64,000 nt of DNA from Eledone cirrhosa (GCA_964016885.1 OZ024742.1:186434001-186498000), one strand, 5' to 3'. Positions 1 through 13,852 are shown, numbered from the stretch's first letter. The notes: generated from the letters alone by a model not told the origin. Numbers and translations: made by a program.

Positions 1-30
1 ACTAAATTTTAGTATGCTTTCATCAGATAA
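1..30 (-). ncRNA. Partial hammerhead ribozyme cut by the window edge (family of the 17.1-17.3 kb HHRs)
   Basis: Minus strand reads TTAT-CTGATGA-AAGCATACTAAAATTTAGT; matches 17107-17164 with compensatory stem II changes (GTACCAA/TTGGTAC vs ATACTAA/TTAGT). Confidence 0.55.
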
Positions 31-35
31 CATAT

Positions 36-212
36 AATTGTTTCTACTTTAGGCACAAGGCCAGCAATTAACCAGTACATTACTGGTACTTTATTTTATC
101 GACCCCGTAAGGATGAAAGGCAAAGTTAACCTCGGCGGAATTTGAACTCAGACTGTAAAGGGACGTAACTATGCTAGAAAGCATGGCGTCCGACCCTCTA
201 CCGATATTGCCA
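36..212 (-). mobile_element. tRNA-derived SINE (main family)
   Basis: Minus strand has A-box-like TGGCAATATCGG, B-box GAGTTCAAATTC and body CTTTCATCCTTACGGGGTCGATAAAATAAAGTACCAG; about 11 copies in the window. Confidence 0.85.
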
Positions 213-373
213 AAAAATATAATATTTGATGTTAAGATATTGACAAACCTTAGCGTAAAACTTAATATTATAAGCCCGCTATCGGCAGTGAGATAAAAAT
301 ACAAATTCACAAGCGATATAAGTGAACAAGGATACATCAAAACAGAAAAGGATCGTTATTATAACTCATTGTT

Positions 374-590
<217 letters not shown>

Positions 591-636
591 ATATATATAT
601 GAATATATATATATATATGAATATATGAATATATTC

Positions 637-667
<31 letters not shown>

Positions 668-777
668 CAGTATTTTCCGTTGTGTTGTAATATGTTGTAT
701 ATATATATATATATATATTTATTTATTATTATTACTATATATATATATATATATACACACACATATATATATATATA

Positions 778-912
778 CGACGGGCTTCTGCAGTTTTCGT
801 CTACTAAATTTCACGCACAAAACATTGGACAACCGACTAGGTGCCGCGCAGTGGAACTGAACCCCAAACCACGTGGTTGCAAAGCGAACTCTTTAAGCAC
901 GCAGCCATGCTT
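778..912 (-). mobile_element. Degenerate tRNA-derived SINE (second family)
   Basis: Minus strand GCATGGCTGCGTGCTTAAAGAG...GGGTTCAGTTCCACTGCGCGGCACC resembles a tRNA head; related pieces at 26130-26400, 28255-28500 and 45535-45690. Confidence 0.55.
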
Positions 913-1134
913 GTGCCATTATATGCATGAAAAGCTTCGCGTTTATTGCGGACTTTGGTAGAGTCCACTGCATAGCCATACAGTCTTGTTTAAACATACT
1001 GAAACGTATACACCTGGAAAAAAATCAACTCTGTTCAGATCTGGAGCGGGTTGATCTTTGCCAGGTTTAAATGACCCAGACACACTGACACGCCGTATAT
1101 CACGACGGCGTCCTACTACTCTATCAGGAGTTCA

Positions 1135-2570
<1,436 letters not shown>

Positions 2571-2876
2571 CAAACATAAGATAGAAACAAGAAGCCTCGG
2601 AGAAACACGAGCTAAATAAACAGATACGTAACCGAAAAATCGATCCCAATCACTTAACATTCCAGATGGTGAGATCGATACATTGTTTCTATTCCTGAGG
2701 TGTTCAAGCGCCTTCTTGGCGTCGGATTGGAAATCAAAAGAAAGAACAACAACACCCCTAACAACAACAATAATAAACAACAAGACAAACAAACGTAAAA
2801 CAAAACAACAACGAAAAACATGGCAGAAAAAAATACTACAATTAAACACAAATATAAACAGTGTATATATGTTCCC

Positions 2877-2979
<103 letters not shown>

Positions 2980-3216
2980 GCACATATTTATGTAGCATTA
3001 AAGGAAGACTAAGATGAACAAATACATACAAAAAAGTAAAACAATGGAAGCAAAAGTTATCTAATATACATACAGACACACTCACACATATATATGCATA
3101 GGCATATATATACACAAACGCACACACACAGACACACACACATATATATATATATACAAATAGATATGTGTGTATGTATGTATATATGTATATATACATA
3201 CCTATATATATACATA

Positions 3217-3250
<34 letters not shown>

Positions 3251-3280
3251 AACAAAAGATGGTTAAAAGAGTTTCATGTA

Positions 3281-3347
3281 TTTTATTATGCGCATTTCAA
3301 AAACAAATATCATCATGCAATAATATTTGTGTTTTCATCAGATAAAA
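3281..3347 (-). ncRNA. Type I hammerhead ribozyme (family A, left arm)
   Basis: Reverse complement of 3455-3521 with intact core. Confidence 0.8.
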
Positions 3348-3454
3348 CAGGAGGACATGATATGAAGGTTAAAAACACTTGTGGATAGTTCAGTTTTAAA
3401 TCAACACATAACTGAACTATCCACAAGTGTTTTTAACCTTCATATCATGTCCTG

Positions 3455-3521
3455 TTTTATCTGATGAAAACACAAATATTATTGCATGATGATATTTGTT
3501 TTTGAAATGCGCATAATAAAA
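3455..3521 (+). ncRNA. Type I hammerhead ribozyme (family A, right arm)
   Basis: Stem I TTTTAT/ATAAAA; CTGATGA 3461-3467; long stem II; GAAA 3504-3507; palindromic minimal stem III TGCGCA; AUA cleavage site ending at 3515. Confidence 0.85.
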
Positions 3522-3933
3522 TACATGGAACTCTTTAAACCATCTTTTGTTCTTATATATTATGTATACTCCAGTCCTACAAACTGTAGAGTGCTTCTTA
3601 TTCGATATCTGCATTGCTTTATTGTACTACAATAAAACTCACCTCCTACATATATATATATATATGCACAATTGTATAATGTATATATATTTGAAAGCCG
3701 GAAGTGATGATAACTAGTTTGTAATGGAAATCTCAGGTGTTTTCTTCATGGAATTAACTCTTTCTTTCTTTCGTTCTTTGTTTCTTTTTTCTTTTTTTCT
3801 TTGTTTCTTTGTTTCTTTGTTTCTTTGTTTCTTTCTTTCTTCCTTACTTTCTTTCTCTCATCCCCTCTCTCACATCACAATATACATCTCAATATATTTT
3901 TGTTTTACCAACAGAAAGTGCTCGAGAAAGTGT

Positions 3934-3976
<43 letters not shown>

Positions 3977-4335
3977 TCATCATATCATCATCATAGATAT
4001 ATATATAACATCTGCCCCCTCGTTATCGAGTATGGCCATTGCACGATTAAAAAGAAGAAAAATATCCAAATACAAGTGGATGACACCCGCACTATCCAAC
4101 ATTCGATCGTTGAAGAGAACAACCCTCGGAGGTACACTACTATTTTACTAATTCCTCTCCCTCCCCCCAACGTATATGTAAACTTAAATACTTGAGTAGA
4201 TGTGTATATATATGTGTGTGTTGATGTATATGTATGTACGTCTGTAGGTGTACAGGTATGTGTATACATGTGTGTGTATGTATGTATGCATGTATGCATG
4301 TATCTGTGAGAAAAACCACAAACTCTCCATCTCAA

Positions 4336-4379
4336 TTCTACTTTTGAAAAGCACAAAAACTGTGAAACCGGTAGAGGAA
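4336..4379 (+). ncRNA. Minimal hammerhead, U3-A8 core variant
   Basis: TTC-TA-CTT / TTGAAAA / GC..GT / GAAA / CCGG / TA / GAG-GAA; the surrounding 4305-4500 is homologous to 32740-32925 (minus). Confidence 0.6.
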
Positions 4380-5179
4380 CCAAATAAATATATATATAAA
4401 AAAAAAAAAGACGCCAGTTGCATTTTCGATTTCATCTTTTTTCCTTATACTTTCACTCGTGTAGGACACCTCGTTTTTTTTCATTTTGTAAAGAAACCTC
4501 ACTTGCTAATATATATATATATATATACATATGCATATATGTGTGGATATGTGTATGTATATATATGTGTATGTATGTATATCTCTATATATATATATAT
4601 ACACCTCTATTCTTTTAACTATATATATATATATATATATGTATGTGTATGTATATGTATATGTAAGTGTATATGTGTGAGCACATGTGCATGTGTTGTA
4701 AATATATGGGTATGTATGAACTAGAATATATATATGGGCTGTATATATCTTTACGTGTAGGGAAGTAAATATGTGAACTAGCATGATCCACCCCACACCC
4801 CACTCCCAAACCAATATCAACAACATACATTTCTATTAACAAATATTACAAAACTAACCTTATTTTTCTCTTCTCTTTGTTGTGATCCCATTTTTATCAA
4901 AAGACATGTATCTTACACCTCATTAATCCCCCTCCCCCACCAGACGCACATAGAAGGCAATGTACTTTCAAACACACAGACACACACACACACACATATG
5001 CGCGCACGCACACACACACATACACACACACACATATATATATATATAGAGAGAGAAGAGAAAGAAAGTGAGTGTTTGTATGTGTGTGCGAAATAAACGG
5101 AGAAAGAGAACGAGACACCGTTCTAGACTTCAACATTTTGAATGTTAGAATCTTTGTTGGGTCTTCGATTTATGGAAAG

Positions 5180-5350
5180 CTTGAACCAGGCAGAAGTACA
5201 ACTCCGCGCTATAACAACGTACAGCGGAAGAATATGAGTTTGTTGATTCAAAATGGAGTTCGAGCATTAGTCAGGGAGGAGTAAACCTGTAGGATAGTTT
5301 GAATGAGACATCAGGGAGCTTGGACAAAATGGGAATAATCATTGAGAGGA
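5180..5350 (+). pseudogene. Degraded non-LTR retrotransposon ORF remnant (RLE-type, HERO-like)
   Basis: Translates LIQNGVRAL..REE*..V*MRHQGAWTKWE, resembling the QQGAWTxWE motif of the post-RT region; stops present. Confidence 0.4.
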
Positions 5351-5521
5351 GATGTCAGATTTTGAAAGAATCGAAACACCCAATGTGTCTCGATAACATG
5401 TCCAATGATGTGTCCGGATACTTGACATGTATGACACATAGACACAGACACAGAGACACACACACACACACACACACACATACACACACACACACACACG
5501 TGCACACACACACACACACAA

Positions 5522-5555
<34 letters not shown>

Positions 5556-5640
5556 AAAAAGTAAACAGAAATAACAAAATAAATAATAGTGTACATTGAA
5601 GAAATATATTAGTTTAAAGCTTGAAATAACAGGAAAAGAG

Positions 5641-5676
5641 TCTGAACGTTTCGGACACTAGTCCTTCATCAGAAGA
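5641..5676 (-). ncRNA. Minimal type I hammerhead
   Basis: TCTT-CTGATGA-AGGAC-TAGT-GTCC-GAAACGTTC-AGA with palindromic AACGTT; weak stem I; decayed relatives near 26580, 41330 and 45310. Confidence 0.65.
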
Positions 5677-6230
5677 TAGAAATGAAGTAAAAGACAAAAT
5701 GGAAAGATAAAGACTGAGAAGAGGAATAAACGAAAAAAAAAAAAAATGAGAAATAAACACACGTTCGTATTCAGCCAGCCATTATATCATGACGCTACAA
5801 ATGTAACTCTCTCACAAAACCTACCATACCTGGACCGCCACCACACTCTAACTATTCTTAAACTGACTCTTGAAGCTACTGTCTTGCTTTTGTTCTCGAA
5901 ACGATTTGTTTGACAAAGATTTTTAAAGAACTTTTATCGTTTTTGTGAAGAAAACCTATAGTTGTTGGAGATTTCTCGAAATCTCGTACTTTCTTGAGTA
6001 TTCTTGTTTCTGTTGTTATTGTTGTCATTGGTGTGATTGGTATATATGAGTTAAAAACCGCCAACCTATGTGGAATATCGATATGCAAAAATAAACTCTG
6101 ATGATTCCGACATTGAGCCAACTCCTGAAGTTCAAGTTATAAAACTCTAAAAAATTTATAAAAACAAAAAAATTTTTTTTAGGATTTTTAAAATTAAAAT
6201 TTTGAGTTTTTTTAACTGCAGTTCTATGAC

Positions 6231-6268
6231 CTCTGGACGAAGTTTCGATCGACTGAAACATATGTCAG
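6231..6268 (+). ncRNA. Hammerhead motif with a 1-nt core insertion (family H)
   Basis: CT-CTG(G)ACGA-AGT..ACT-GAAA-CATATG-TC-AG; GUC at 6264-6266; conserved downstream hairpin at 6316-6346. Confidence 0.6.
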
Positions 6269-6799
6269 TTTGACAATGCCTTGATTCTCTGGTCTTTAAA
6301 ATTTATTATATAACAGCTCTGCGTGAACCCCATTGCATTGAGCTTCTAACCATCTGGTAAAGTAGTTTGAATACTCCATTTAATATTATTATTATTATTA
6401 CTATTATTATCATTGTTTTATATATATATATATATATATGAAGCGTTAAGCAAATGAAAATATGAGTCTCCTATATATATATATATATATATATATATGA
6501 AGTGTTAAGGAACAGAGAGTAGAAGTCTCCACTAGAGTCCATCGCCAGATCAACTCTCAGTCGCTGTTGCTTGGGGTAACATCAAAGAAAGTGGCTTGCT
6601 CAAGAACACAATGCAGCAGTCTATCCAGGGACTGAACCTTCAACTTTACGGTCGTGATTTCAACTCGCTAACCACTTGATCACATGCTTTCTAAACAATT
6701 TGTATACTGCCTTCTCTTTTCGCTCTGATGGATGGACAAGATCCCATACCCCATTCGCTTACCGAGTGAGGTGGACCTCGTCAAATCGGATCAAGGAAA

Positions 6800-6978
6800 C
6801 AATGTTTCCATTGGTCTTTCCATTGCTGATACTCTCTACCGGTCGCAAATCCTGGCAGAAGAAGCGATGTGAAATAAAGTGTCTTGTTCAAGGTCACAAC
6901 GCATCACCCGGTCGGAGAATTGGATTCGTAACCTCACGATTGCGAATCCAACTCTCTATCCACTAAGCCAGCCGCCTT
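6800..6978 (-). mobile_element. tRNA-derived SINE (GTGTCCTTGAGCAAG family)
   Basis: Minus strand GGCTGGCTTAGTGGATAGAG...GTTGTGACCTTGAACAAGACACTTTATTTCAC; homologous to 47330-47430. Confidence 0.6.
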
Positions 6979-7472
6979 CTCTTAAGCAGCATCTTTTATT
7001 CGAGAAATGAAATACAAATAAAATGTCTTACTTTGTAGGTTTTATACACATTAAGTTTCTCCTTATATCTTCAAAATACTCACAGTTATTGCAATCAATA
7101 TTTATATTGTTTCCCTACAATTTCTATTCATGGTCATAAATTTCATATTTTATGTGACATTATATTCATAAAGGACTAGATTAGCAGATTTAGAACAAGA
7201 ACATGAATTCTTTCTTACTATTTCTTTCTCCAACAGATCATAACATATTTACTGGCTTGCGCATTCATCATTAATGGTAGATGCTAGGCGGGCATTTTTT
7301 TTACAGAGCAACCTATGAATTTTGAAGTTCCAAAATTCGATAAAAAAAAAAACAAAACAAAAAATTAAAATGTTGTTATTGTCGTCGTTGTGTGTGTGCG
7401 AATATATGACTTTTATATAAACAACATTTGCATATATACAAGTTTGTGTATATTTTAACACTCACACATACA

Positions 7473-7606
<134 letters not shown>

Positions 7607-8101
7607 GTATATATATCTCTCTCTCTATATATATAAATATACAAACACCCTCCACACGTACAGGCATATACAGTATATGTATGTGTATGTATATATATAT
7701 ATATATTGGAAAATGTGTGAGATCCTTGGTACAGTTAGGTGTATTTGAAAAAAAAGAAAATAATGACTTCACTTGTAGTGTTAACAAATTTATGATTTAA
7801 TGTTATAATGTAATATTATAATATTATGAGTTGGTAGATCCAGTAAGTTCTTTGTTAACTTCAGTGGGAATAATTTTAGAGATTCCTGGTCAACTTGGGT
7901 TGGAGAACTTTCTCGCATTCGTCTGTCTGTGGCGATTGTCAAACTGAGATCAGGTTGTGTTGAAATGTGTGACTATATATAAGAGAGATTTGGATGTGTT
8001 TGGGGTGTGGCGTGCGGTGTTAATGAGTGTTGATGATGAAGAAGGTCCGAAGGAATTAAAGTATACATACACACACGCACACACGTACACACACACATGT
8101 A

Positions 8102-8145
<44 letters not shown>

Positions 8146-8232
8146 CACTCAGAAAATGGTGAGGTTGTAAGATAATGGTGTTTGAGAAGGTAGTCGTAAA
8201 CCTACTCTCCTGCTAGTTTTATTTCATTAGCT

Positions 8233-8306
8233 GACCTTTGATGAGTTTATAATGGCTTTAGTCCAGAAATAGCCGTCGAAACGGCTTGAGCTCTGCCGTC
8301 GGGGTC
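8233..8306 (+). ncRNA. Type I hammerhead with full stem III (family B)
   Basis: GACCT(T)-TGATGA-G..ATGGCT/AGCCGT-C-GAAA-CGGC..GCCG-TC-GGGGTC; GUC at 8298-8300; C3 lost or mutated. Confidence 0.65.
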
Positions 8307-8387
8307 ATACTTTCTCCTATTACCCACTCTACTACCCTAAGTATTGAGTACTCTGGTGCGTTATGGTCCACCTGGTTCCTTACCAGA

Positions 8388-8660
8388 TCTTAGTCTTAGA
8401 TTCTTCCGCGCCGTTCGGCGCATCGAGCAGTAAGTACTCGCCAACGGTCACGATCAGCGGCAACTTTTTCGAGACCGTGCCAGGTGATGTTGGCTGCCAT
8501 CAGGTCCTTCCGGAACGTTCGTCGCCAGGTGATCCTTGAACAACCCCGCCTCCGTTTACCGCCAGGCGGAGTCCAGTTCATCGCTGTTTTAGAATGCCGC
8601 TCATTTGGCAGACGCAGAATATGGCCAGCCAGACGGACCGACGCTCCGTGACCACTCTCT
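8388..8660 (-). pseudogene. RTE-clade LINE 3' end
   Basis: LAGHILRLPNERHSKTAMNWTPPGGKRRRGCSRITWRRTF..AADRDRWR is a typical RTE C-terminus. Confidence 0.85.
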
Positions 8661-8686
8661 GTATTATATATATATATATATATATA

Positions 8687-9040
8687 TCATTATCTATAAA
8701 AGGCAGATTGTTGTTGTTGTTGTGTGTGTGTGCATGTTCCATGTTTATACATTTGCACAATTTCAAACCGATTCGACTCAACGTCTGTAAGAATGTTGTA
8801 AATGGTCTAACTTAGGTCACCGACTATTTATGTCATTCTAACTCACACACAATTACGGAAATATTCGATAAAACTAAATACATGTCGCTTTATCCCCCCC
8901 TCTAATACAATCAGATTTCCTCTCTCTACTCCCCTTCATCAGAGAAAGTTGCAGCATGTATGTAGTTTTATCGAATATAAACATGGAACATGCACACACA
9001 CACACACAATCACAACAATATGCCTTTTATAGATAATGAT
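8687..9040. mobile_element. Helitron-like 5'-end sequence, present twice in inverted orientation
   Basis: TCATTATCTATAAAAGGCA..(TTG)n(TG)nCATGTTCCATGTTTATA at 8687-8749 and its reverse complement at ~8975-9039. Confidence 0.45.
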
Positions 9041-9683
9041 GATGATGATGATGATGATTAAACTTACAAACTTTAAGAGAGAGAGAGAGAGAGAGTGAGA
9101 GGGAGAGGGAGAGAGAGAGAGAGAACGTTTGTTTTTGAGTGTGGAACGGTCAAACATTTATTTACTTCAATGACAAAGAGTACTTATTACATTTCATACG
9201 AAACAATTATTCAAAAGCAACAGATAAATTTATTCAACAACAAAAAAAAAATAGCGATAAATCTTTTTTAAAACATCTAACGTGGAAGAAAGAAGTATCA
9301 GTTCATTTACTATACACAATAATATCCTCTATGAGGTCACTAAACCTGCTAGAAACAGCAGCTAACTCTCCCCCATATCACACCCCTCCCTACTGTCTTA
9401 AATTTAGAAAACACACATTAGACAACCATGCAGAATAACTCCATCGCAACTCTGTTGTTCGGCTGGCATCGTCTACGTGCGTGTTGCGCAAGTACTGTGA
9501 AACAATACATTTCAACACTTCTTTGCACAGAGATAATATCTATAGGTGAAACTACAATTGTCACTGCTGGCGCAGCTCCTGCTTCGGCAGTTCAGGTCTG
9601 CAATTCATTCACTCAGTGCCTGGCAGATAAAAAAGTGCTGCCATAAAATGGGTGGTGCAACCTAACTTTGGTAACTTACTGAC

Positions 9684-9711
9684 CCCGAGCAACGCCGGGC
9701 TTTAATGCTAG

Positions 9712-9712
<1 letters not shown>
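9684..9712 (+). mobile_element. Helitron 3' terminus
   Basis: GC-rich hairpin CCCG(A)GC-AAC-GCCGGG followed 8 nt later by CTAG|T. Confidence 0.6.
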
Positions 9713-9743
<31 letters not shown>

Positions 9744-10882
9744 CTTAGGTTAATAGGAGTTAGGTATTGTATACCCGTGTCCCATTAAGGTATTGGCAGC
9801 ATAATAATTAGCTCTATGCTTTGGAGCAGAGACGTATATATGAAAAAGAACACAAGAGCGTCTACAACATCAAAATATTTTTATTGGCTTACAGTACTCC
9901 GGAGTACTGTGATCCTTGTGATTTCCAGATATACAACCACTGACACTGTTACAAAGACCAGAAAACCAAACTCCATATATTGAACCAAGTGATTTATTTG
10001 TGCGACCAAAATAACACTAAACACATATTGAACTAGGAATATTGGATCCTCCGTCAATGTCCGGGTGAGCAAAAATAGATTTCTATCTGCATTTGAATTT
10101 ACGAACTTGTGCATCTGCTGTGGTGTCAAAAACAAACGCACATGACCGCACAAATAAACAATGGACCATGCCACGTGGCTTGAACCCGTAAGTGAATTGA
10201 GGGTTCTGCAACTCTGATACACAGATTATTTATTATTAAGATGTATAAACTTGACATAACTATTATCATCCTATATTCTCTCAACTAATCACACTTGATC
10301 ATATTTCTCTATCCCGTTTTCTCCCCCCATAATTATTATATTTTTATTATTATTTGAAAAAATCGTTTTTTTTACATTGTGTTTTCCCCTCCAAATATTC
10401 GCTTATATTTCTTTATATATTCTCTATATATTTTTTTATCTTTATTATTTCCACTTTTATCCTCCTTTATATTTTACCTTATTCTTACTTTTATACCTTA
10501 TTATAGTGTAATCTTCCCCATGCCTTATTATACACTATTAATTATAGATTATTATTATTACTCTTTTTCCATTTCTAATTACCTCATGTACTTTCTCCTC
10601 CGCTATATATATATATATATATATATTGTACGCCTTTTGTGTTTGTGTAGCCTCTGCGCACCCTCTGCACCATACTATCGACGCCACCCCATCTATGGTT
10701 CAGCTAACCACCCGACTCCCGGGAATGAATATGACCGCAGCTAGTAAACAAGGACCCACACCCCACCCTCCCGCACCAAAATTAGACTTATCGTCCCCTA
10801 CTTTTGCTCTTTACTCCCTTTACTCTTTGTTCTTGAATGTTTGGTTGGTAGAGTCCATAACACCAATCAAACCCCTTTTATA

Positions 10883-10927
10883 GCTCTGACGAATCCTACG
10901 GTTACGTAAGGAAGAAACATTGTAAGC
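10883..10927 (+). ncRNA. Type I hammerhead ribozyme
   Basis: GCT-CTGACGA-stem II (TCCT-ACG/CGT-AGGA)-GAAA-CATTG-TA-AGC; the downstream 10922-10979 is inverted at 9835-9892. Confidence 0.75.
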
Positions 10928-10968
10928 CAATAAAAATATTTTGATGTTGTAGACGCTCTTGTGTTCTT

Positions 10969-11024
<56 letters not shown>

Positions 11025-11573
11025 ATAATAATGACAATAATATAATCCGAGTAAACAACAACAAAATGTAATGACAAAACGATAAAATTCATTTGAATAT
11101 AAATTTCATTTGACCAGACATATATTTTATACTATTGAAATTAGTATTATATTATACTGGTTTCATGTGGACACAGGGAAGTGAGAGTTTTACAACCTCT
11201 TTAAAATTGACACTTCCAGAGTGGAGGTGGGGCTTATATCCACCTTCCAGGGCGGAAATACTCAGACACAGTATTCACACCTCAAACAATTATTTTGTGT
11301 TCTTTCTGTGGGTATATTTCTAACTGGGGGGGGGGGGAGGGCATTACAGCTTGTTCTCCGTTTCCCTTCATCTGTTGATTCACCGTTTAAGGGGCCAGTC
11401 TACCTGCATCTCTATGAGAAGGAGGTAGAGTGAAATGAAATAGAGGAAAATGGCCCGGCGTTGCTTGGGATTTGCTCCAGAGTTCTTATATATTCATTAT
11501 CGAGCCTCGTGAAATAAATACGTTTGTTTATATTTTGTTATTGTTTATGTAAAAATATCTGTATACGAATATA

Positions 11574-11642
<69 letters not shown>

Positions 11643-11658
11643 TAAAATAACAGATTAA

Positions 11659-11709
11659 AGTTTAAGCGAAGAATCGCCGCTTTCACCTATAACGGGATCT
11701 TCTGAAACT
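11659..11709 (-). ncRNA. Hammerhead-like motif with CAGAAGA core
   Basis: AGTTT-CAGAAGA-stem II-GAAA-GCG..CGC-TT-AAACT; second copy at 22872-22922. Confidence 0.55.
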
Positions 11710-11989
11710 AAAAAAATCAATCTGTGAACGTAGAAGTAAATATTTCGAAAAACGTTACACACTAAATATATGTATATATACACACACTATATATACACAC
11801 ACTATATATACGTAAGAAGAGAACCTAATGTATAATGCTAAAAAAAAAATCAACAATCAACAATAACAAAAAAATATGAAATAAATAAAATAAAACAAAA
11901 CATAAATTTGTGAGAAGGGGAATGGAACTCAAAAATATTTCATAATTCAAAAGTGAAAACAAAAAGATAATGAACATGCCCGCATCATA

Positions 11990-12156
11990 CGCGGTATATT
12001 GGTTTCGTCACTGTCTAAAAAAAATTTCTCATTATTAAGCTGGTGTTTGGAAAATAACTTAACAACAGATTTTACATCGAATATAAACACGTTATGACAG
12101 TTAGGTGTGGTAGAGGGAGAGGCGGTTTCAGGCGGCTTGGTATTAAAAGGGTTAAA
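11990..12156 (-). mobile_element. piggyBac-like non-autonomous element end
   Basis: Minus strand begins TTAA-CCCTTT, a TTAA target plus CCC terminus; other end not located. Confidence 0.35.
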
Positions 12157-12372
12157 TCGCTTATATAAAAATACCCATTGTGTATCATTGTTTTGTAGGA
12201 GGTATAACATCAGGATCTCTGAAGGTAGAGAACATTCAGGTAAAGGATGATAGCAGTTGGGCTAGAGTTTTCTCCCTTACATGAGGTGATGCGGTTTCGT
12301 GTGGAGTAGAACGTTAAGAACTTTACGTTTTGTTATTGTTAACCTCGATTAAAACGTTGCTTCCGAATAGTA

Positions 12373-12566
12373 ATAATTGTTTCTACTTTTGGCACAAGGC
12401 CAGCAATTACCCAGTGTATTACTGGTACTTTATTTTATCGACCCCGTAAGGATGAAAGGCAAAGTTAACCTCGGCGGGATTTGAACTCAGAATTGCAAGG
12501 GCCGTAACTCTATGCGTCAACGCACGGCGTCTGACTCTCTACGGATACTGCCAATTCACCGCCCTT
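12373..12566 (-). mobile_element. Full-length SINE (main family) with TSD
   Basis: Flanked by the direct repeat CTTCCGAATAGTAATAAT (12360-12377 / 12564-12581). Confidence 0.9.
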
Positions 12567-12992
12567 CCGAATAGTAATAATCCCAACAAGATACATATAA
12601 CTTATATACGGGGACCAAAGAGATTAGTAGTTGTGAAATTGGACTTTGTCAAGTTTTATCATTTATATACATCTACCATTCTACATTTATCTACGCAAGA
12701 GTTTAGACCAGAACCCAAGAATTTTGTCTACAACCAAATATTGTGTTACCACCCAAAGATATATACATAGATACACGCACACATTCATACATACACATTC
12801 ATACATACACATACCTGAACACACACACACACACATTCATACATACACATACCTGCACACACACACACACTCATTCATGCATACACATACCTGCACACAC
12901 ACACGCACATACACACACACACACACACAGACACACACTCATACATACACATACCTGCACACACACACACACACATTCATACATATACATAC

Positions 12993-13080
<88 letters not shown>

Positions 13081-13217
13081 TCATAATATACATACGTGTA
13101 CACACACATATTCATAGACAGACAGACAGACAGACAGACACTCTTTATGATTCTTCAACTTCCCTGCCTTTTCCCAATAGAAATAATTGTTATAAAGTCT
13201 AATCAAAGTCATTCAAC

Positions 13218-13752
13218 AGCAACAACAGCAGCAGAAGCACCGCCACCACCACTACCACCACCACCACCACTACCACCAACACCACCACTACCACCAACAC
13301 CACTATCACCACCACCACCACTACCACCAACACCACCACTACCACCAACACCACCACTAATACCAACACCACCACTACTACCACCACCACCACCACCAAC
13401 ACCACCACTACCACCACCACCACCACCACCACCACCACCACCACCACCACCACCACCACCACCACCACCACCACCCTACCACCACCACCACCACCACCAC
13501 CACCACCACCACCACCACCCTACCACTGCCACCACCACCGCCAACACTACCACCAACACTACCACCACCACACCACAACCACTACCACCACCACCACCAC
13601 CACCAACACCACCACTACCACCAACACCACCACCACCACCACCAACACCATCACTACCACCACCACCACCACAACCACAACCACTAGCACCACCACCACC
13701 ACCATCACAATCTCATCATCATCATCATCATCACCCACCCATCACCATCATC

Positions 13753-13786
<34 letters not shown>

Positions 13787-13852
13787 TCATCATCACCATA
13801 ACCATCATTACAACCACCATCATCATCATAATTAACACCACCAACAACAACA
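13218..13852. repeat. (ACC)n/(ATC)n trinucleotide field
   Basis: Seen directly; the poly-P/H/T ORF is an artefact. Confidence 0.9.

Larger units (their letters stand above)
3242..3650. mobile_element. Fold-back HHR element, family A: ~150-bp inverted arms plus a 90-bp tail, in (AT)n
   Basis: Arms 3242-3395 and 3410-3560 are near-perfect reverse complements; tail 3561-3650; second copy at 37461-37735. Confidence 0.9.

Noticed and set aside
2676-2710. TTGAACA..GAAACAATGTA hammerhead-like string (minus)
   Set aside because: Core deviates and stems I and II do not pair convincingly.
6098-6135. CTGATGA..GAAG
   Set aside because: No stem II, GAAA or NUH geometry.
12199-12239. Possible 41-nt exon (ttttgtag|..CAG|gtaaag; GGITSGSLKVENIQ)
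   Set aside because: Plausible splice signals but no homology or partner exons; such signals are expected by chance.
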